NCBI GenBank assembly: GCA_964247055.1
Contig: OZ176050.1
Span: forward strand, 1,302,001 to 1,366,000
Length of the DNA: 64,000 bases
DNA from: Paragordius varius
Taxonomy: Eukaryota > Animalia > Nematomorpha
Direction: 5' to 3'
Shown: positions 57,401 through 64,000 of the stretch, in pieces
How positions within the stretch are numbered: the stretch's first letter is position 1
Layout of the letters: every line of letters begins with the position of its first letter
Program-made: the position numbers and the translations under genes
Notes under the pieces: generated by a model
Told to the model about the DNA's origin: nothing
Database searches by the model: none
What the model saw: only the letters and a program-made list of their open reading frames with translations

Positions 57401-60400
57401 GATTTTTACAACGATACTTTAAAAATTAATGTATTAAACTAGTCGCATAAATACTCAAGTTAAACTTTGTCCTTAAAAATCGGATATTGGTCACCGGTGA
57501 ACAAAATAATTTTTTATACATTCTCTTAGTAAGACTACAGCAAAATATAGATTTAGTTTGACAAACTCTTTCATATCCGATTTTTACAACGATACTTTAA
57601 AATTAATGTATTAAACTAGTCGCATCAATACTCAAGTTAAACTTTGTCCTTAAAAATCGGATATTGGTCACCGGTCAAAATAATTTTTTATACATTCTCT
57701 TAGTAAGACTACAGCAAAATATAGATTTAGTTTGACAAACTCTTTCATATCCGATTTTTACAACGATACTTTAAAAATTAATGTATTAAACTAGTCGCAT
57801 CAATACTCAAGTTAAACTTTGTCCTTAAAAATCGGATATTGGTCACCGGTGAACAAAATTATTTTTTTTGCATTCTCTTAGCAAGACTACATCAAAATAT
57901 AGAGATAGTTTGACAAACGCTTTTATATCCGATTTTTACAACGATACTTTAAAAATTAATGTATAAAACTAGTCGTATCAATAAATCGCATCAATACTCA
58001 AGTTAAACTTTGTCCTTAAAAATCGGATATTGGTCACCGGTGAACAAAATTATTTTTTATACATTACATCAAAATATAGAGATAGTTTGGCAAACTCTTT
58101 CATATCCGATTTTTACAACGATACTTTAAAAATTAATGTATAAAACTAGTCGCATCAATATTCAAGTTAAACTTGGTCCTTAAAAATCGAATATTGGTCA
58201 CCGGTGAACAAAATAATTTTTTATACATTCTCTTAGTAAGACTACATCAAAATATAGAGATAGTTTGACAAACTCTTTCATATCCGATTTTTACAACGAT
58301 ACTTTAAAAATTAATGTGTTGAACTAGTCGCATCAATACTCAAGTTAAACTTTGTCCTTAAAAATCGGATATTGGTCACCGATGAACAAAATTAATTTTT
58401 ATACATTCTCTTAGCAAGACTACATCAAAATATAGAGATAGTTTGACAAACTCTTTCATATCCGATTTTTACAACGATACTTTAAAAATTAATGTATTAA
58501 ACTAGTCGCATCAATACTCAAGGTAAACTTTGTCCTTAAAAATCGGATATTGGTCACCGGTGAACAAAATAATTTTTTATACATTCTCTTAGTAAGACTC
58601 AAAATATAGATTTAGTTTGACAAACTCTTTCATATCCGATTTTTACAACGATACTTTAAAATTAATGTATTAAACTAGTCGCATCAATACTCAAGTTAAA
58701 CTTTGTCCTTAAAAATCGGATATTGGTCACCGGTGAACAAAATTATTTTTTATACATTCTCTTAGTAAGACTACATCAAATATAGAAATAGTTTGACAAA
58801 CTCTTTCATATCCGATTTTTACAACGATACTTTAAAAATTAATGTGTTAAACTAGTCGCATGAATACTCAAATTAAACTTTGTCCTTAAAAATCGGATAT
58901 TGGTCACCGGTGAACAAAATTATTTTTTATATATTCTCTTAGCAAGACTACATCAAAATATAGAGATAGTTTGACAAACTCTTTCATATCCGATTTTTAC
59001 AACGATACTTTAAAAATTAATGTATAAAACTAGTCGCATCAATACTCAAGTTAAACTTTGTCCTTAAAAATCGGATATTGGTCACCGGTCAAAATAATTT
59101 TTTATACATTCTCTTAGTAAGACTACAGCAAAATATAGATTTAGTTTGACAAACTCTTTCATATCCGATTTTTACAACGATACTTTAAAAATTAATGTAT
59201 TAAACTAGTCGCATCAATACTCAAGTTAAACTTTGTCCTTAAAAATCGGATATTGGTCACCGGTGAACAAAATTATTTTTTTTGCATTCTCTTAGCAAGA
59301 CTACATCAAAATATAGAGATAGTTTGACAAACGCTTTCATATCCGATTTTTACAACGATACTTTAAAAATTAATGTATAAAACTAGTCGCATCAATACTC
59401 AAGTTAAACTTTGTCCTTAAAAATCGGATATTGGTCACCGGTGAACAAAATAATTTTTTATACATTCTCTTAGTAAGACTATAGCAAAATATAGATTTAG
59501 TTTGACAAACTCTTTCATATCCGATTTTTACAACGATACTTTAAAAATTAATGTATAAAACTAGTCGTATCAATAAATCGCATCAATACTCAAATTAAAC
59601 TTTGTCCTTAAAAATCGGATATTGGTCACCGGTGAACAAAATTATTTTTTATACATTCTCTTAGCAAGACTACATCAAAATATAGAGATAGTTTGACAAA
59701 CTCTTTCATATCCGATTTTTACAACGATACTTTAAAAATTAATGTATTAAACTAGTCGCATAAATACTCAAGTTAAACTTTGTCCTTAAAAATCGGATAT
59801 TGGTCACCGGTGAACAAAATAATTTTTTATACATTCTCTTAGTAAGACTACAGCAAAATATAGATTTAGTTTGACAAACTCTTTCATATCCGATTTTTAC
59901 AACGATACTTTAAAATTGATGTATTAAACTAGTCGCATCAATACTCAAGTTAAACTTTGTCCTTAAAAATCGGATATTGGTCACCGGTCAAAATAATTTT
60001 TTATACATTCTCTTAGTAAGACTACAGCAAAATATATATTTAGTTTGACAAACTCTTTCATATCCGATTTTTACAACGATACTTTAAAAATTAATGTATT
60101 AAACTAGTCGCATCAATACTCAAGTTAAACTTTGTCCTTAAAAATCGGATATTGGTCACCGGTGAACAAAATTATTTTTTTTGCATTCTCTTAGCAAGAC
60201 TACATCAAAATATAGAGATAGTTTGACAAACTCTTTCATATCCGATTTTTACAACGATACTTTAAAATTAATGTATTAAACTAGTCGCATCAATACTCAA
60301 GTTAAACTTTGTCCTTAAAAATCGGATATTGGTCACCGGTCAAAATAATTTTTTATACATTCTCTTAGTAAGACTACAGCAAAATATAGATTTAGTTTGA

Positions 60401-62570
60401 TAAACTCTTTCATATCCGATTTTTACAACGATACTTTAAAAATTAATGTATTAAACTAGTCGCATCAATACTCAAGTTAAACTTTGTCCTTAAAAATCGG
60501 ATATTGGTCACCGGTGAACAAAATAATTTTTTATACATTCTCTTAGTAAGACTACAGCAAAATATAGATTTAGTTTGACAAATCATATCCGATTTTTACA
60601 ACGATACTTTAAAAATTAATGTATAAAACTAGTCGTATCAATAAATCGCATCAATACTCAAATTAAACTTTGTCCTTAAAAATCGGATATTGGTCACCGG
60701 TGAACAAAATTATTTTTTATACATTCTCTTAGCAAGACTACATCAAAATATAGAGATAGTTTGACAAACTCTTTCATATCCGATTTTTACAACGATACTT
60801 AAAAAATTAATGTATAAAACTAGTCGCATCAATACTCAAGTTAAACTTTGTCCTTAAAAATCGGATATTGATCACCGGTGAACAAAATTATTTTTTATAC
60901 ATTCTCTTAGTAAGACTACATGAAATTATAGAGATAGTTTGACAAACTCTTTCATATCCGATTTTTACAACGATACTTTAAAAATTAATGTATTAAACTA
61001 GTCGCATCAATACTCAAGTTAAACTTTGTCCTTAAAAATCGGATATTGGTCACCGGTGAACAAAATAATTTTTTATACATTCTCTTAGTAAGACTACAGC
61101 AAAATATAGATTTAGTTTGACAAACTCTTTCATATCCGATTTTTACAACGATACTTTAAAATTAATGTATTAAACTAGTCGCATCAATACTCAAGTTAAA
61201 CTTTGTCCTTAAAAATCGGATATTGGTCACCGGTGAACAAAATAATTTTTTATACATTCTCTTAGTAAGACTACAGCAAAATATAGAGATAGTTTGACAA
61301 ACTCTTTCATATCCGATTTTTACAACGATACTTTAAAAATTAATGTATAAAACTTGTCGTATCAATAAATCGCATCAATACTCAAGTTAAACTTTGTCCT
61401 TAAAAATCGGATATTGGTCACCGGTGAACAAAATTATTTTTTATACATTCTCTTAGTAGGACTACATCAAAATATAGAGATAGTTTGGCAAACTCTTTCA
61501 TATCCGATTTTTACAACGATACTTTAAAAATTAATGTATAAAACTAGTCGCATCAATATTCAAGTTAAACTTGGTCCTTAAAAATCGAATATTGGTCACC
61601 GGTGAACAAAATAAATTTTTATACATTCTCTTAGTAAGACTACATCAAAATATAGAGATAGTTTGACAAACTCTTTCATATCCGATTTTTACAACGATAC
61701 TTTAAAAATTAATGTGTTAAACTAGTCGCATCAATACTCAAGTTAAACTTTGTCCTTAAAAATCGGATATTGGTCACCGATGAACAAAATTAATTTTTAT
61801 ACATTCTCTTAGCAAGACTACATCAAAATATAGAGATAGTTTGACAAACTCTTTCATATCCGATTTTTACAACGATACTTTAAAAATTAATGTATAAAAC
61901 TTGTCGTATCAATAAATCGCATCAATACTCAAGTTAAACTTTGTCCTTAAAAATCGGATATTGGTCACCGGTGAACAAAATTATTTTTTATACATTCTCT
62001 TAGTAAGACTACATCAAAATATAGAGATAGTTTGACAAACTCTTTCATATCCGATTTTTACAACGATACTTTAAAAATCAATGTATTAAACTAGTCGCAT
62101 AAATACTCAAGTTAAACTTTGTCCTTAAAAATCGGATATTGGTCACCGGTGAACAAAATAATTTTTTATACATTCTCTTAGTAAGACTACAGCAAAATAT
62201 AGATTTAGTTTGACAAACTCTTTCATATCCGATTTTTACAACGATACTTTTAAATTAATGTATTAAACTAGTCGCATCAATACTCAAGTTAAACTTTGTC
62301 CTTAAAAATCGGATATTGGTCACCGGTCAAAATAATTTTTTATACATTCTCTTAGTAAGACTACAGCAAAATATAGATTTAGTTTGACAAACTCTTTCAT
62401 ATCCGATTTTTACAACGATACTTTAAAAATTAATGTATTAAACTAGTCGCATCAATACTCAAGTTAAACTTTGTCCTTAAAAATCGGATATTGGTCACCG
62501 GTGAACAAAATTATTTTTTTTGCATTCTCTTAGCAAGACTACATCAAAATATAGAGATAGTTTGACAAAC
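53401..62570. repeat. Dispersed duplication 53401-55755 = 60221-62570 (offset 6,820 then 6,815), overlapping a second match ~56300-58160 = ~60950-62812 (offset 4,652)
   Basis: TTGATCACC at 54056/60871. GCATAAAT at 55286, 57449, 62101. A 5-bp deletion near 60583 explains the offset shift. 14-bp deletion marker at 58061/62713. Confidence 0.85.
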
Positions 62571-63888
62571 GCTTTCATATCCGATTTTTACAACGATACT
62601 TTAAAAATTAATGTATAAAACTAGTCGTATCAATAAATCGCATCAATACTCAAGTTAAACTTTGTCCTTAAAAATCGGATATTGGTCACCGGTGAACAAA
62701 ATTATTTTTTATACATTACATCAAAATATAGAGATAGTTTGGCAAACTCTTTCATATCCGATTTTTACAACGATACTTTAAAAATTAATGTATAAAACTA
62801 GTCGCATCAATACTCAAGTTAAACTTTGTCCTTAAAAATCGGATATTGGTCACCGATGAACAAAATTAATTTTTATACATTCTCTTAGCAAGACTACATC
62901 AAAATATAGAGATAGTTTGACAAACTCTTTCATATCCGATTTTTACAACGATACTTTAAAAATTAATGTATAAAACTTGTCGTATCAATAAATCGCATCA
63001 ATACTCAAGTTAAACTTTGTCCTTAAAAATCGGATATTGGTCACCGGTGAACAAAATTATTTTTTATACATTCTCTTAGTAAGACTACATCAAAATATAG
63101 AGATAGTTTGACAAACTCTTTCATATCCGATTTTTACAACGATACTTTAAAAATTAATGTATTAAACTAGTCGCATAAATACTCAAGTTAAACTTTGTCC
63201 TTAAAAATCGGATATTGGTCACCGGTGAACAAAATAATTTTTTATACATTCTCTTAGTAAGACTACAGCAAAATATAGATTTTGTTTGACAAACTCTTTC
63301 ATATCCGATTTTTACAACGATACTTTAAAATTAATGTATTAAACTAGTCGCATCAATACTCAAGTTAAACTTTGTCCTTAAAAATCGGATATTGGTCACC
63401 GGTCAAAATAATTTTTTATACATTCTCTTAGTAAAACTACAGCAAAATATAGATTTAGTTTGACAAACTCTTTCATATCCGATTTTTACAACGATACTTT
63501 AAAAATTAATGTATTAAACTAGTCGCATCAATACTCAAGTTAAACTTTGTCCTTAAAAATCGGATATTGGTCACCGGTGAACAAAATTATTTTTTTTGCA
63601 TTCTCTTAGCAAGACTACATCAAAATATAGAGATAGTTTGACAAACGCTTTCATATCCGATTTTTACAACGATACTTTAAAAATTAATGTATAAAACTAG
63701 TCGTATCAATAAATCGCATCAATACTCAAGTTAAACTTTGTCCTTAAAAATCGGATATTGGTCACCGGTGAACAAAATTATTTTTTATACATTACATCAA
63801 AATATAGAGATAGTTTGGCAAACTCTTTCATATCCGATTTTTACAACGATACTTTAAAAATTAATGTATAAAACTAGTCGCATCAATA
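61722..63888. repeat. 6-monomer tandem duplication, period 1,076 bp
   Basis: CACCGATG at 61780/62856. GCATAAAT at 62101/63177. ACATTACATC at 62713/63789. Confidence 0.9.
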
Positions 63889-64000
63889 TTCAAGTTAAAC
63901 TTGGTCCTTAAAAATCGAATATTGGTCACCGGTGAACAAAATAATTTTTTATACATTCTCTTAGTAAGACTACATCAAAATATAGAGATAGTTTGACAAA

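Larger units (their letters stand above)
1..64000. repeat. Tandem satellite DNA array, 178-bp AT-rich monomer, ~355 head-to-tail copies in one orientation, running off both window ends
   Basis: ATATTGGTCACCGGTGAACAAAA recurs at 1, 179, 370, 548, 726, 904, 1095, 1273, 1451 and so on to the end. Spacing is 178 or 191 bp with occasional shorter units. No non-satellite sequence seen. Consensus is 49/178 G+C. Confidence 0.99.

Noticed and set aside
1-64000. CRISPR array
   Set aside because: The whole 178-bp unit is repeated. There are no unique spacers between short repeats, and no leader or cas genes.
1-64000. Protein-coding repeat ORF
   Set aside because: Each monomer has stop codons in all three plus-strand frames (e.g. 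TGA 15, TAG 44, TGA 76) and abundant TTA/CTA/TCA giving minus-strand stops. The unit length is not a multiple of 3.
1-64000. tRNA, 5S/rDNA spacer, telomeric repeat, promoter or terminator calls
   Set aside because: No cloverleaf, no A/B or A/C boxes and no telomere-type motif. TATA-like strings are expected by chance at 72% AT.
1-64000. Strand switch or embedded foreign insertion
   Set aside because: Read through the window: every line maps to the monomer in the same orientation. Reverse-complement-looking strings are the internal inverted repeat.

Overview
The whole 64 kb window is one uninterrupted, single-orientation, AT-rich (~28% GC) tandem satellite array of about 355 monomers. The canonical monomer is 178 bp; a 191-bp variant (13-bp internal duplication) is common and several deletion variants (153-177 bp) occur. 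I find no genes, transposon insertions, CRISPR spacers or inversions. I do not recognise the family; it is not Arabidopsis CEN178 despite the identical length. Monomer size and homogeneity fit eukaryotic centromeric or pericentromeric satellite, but that is inference. There are two layers of hidden structure. (1) The monomer is dyad-symmetric: a perfect 14-bp inverted repeat (ATATCCGATTTTTA / TAAAAATCGGATAT) whose two symmetry axes, half a monomer apart, fall on short palindromes (ACTAGT; TCTTA-G-TAAGA). Recurrent deletions are centred on those axes, and one variant looks like a templated palindrome correction. (2) Diagnostic variants define about three sequence domains and nested higher-order duplications with offsets of 369 bp to ~9.8 kb, including a near-identical 7,129-bp tandem duplication. 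All coordinates, counts and identities were read by eye and should be confirmed computationally.
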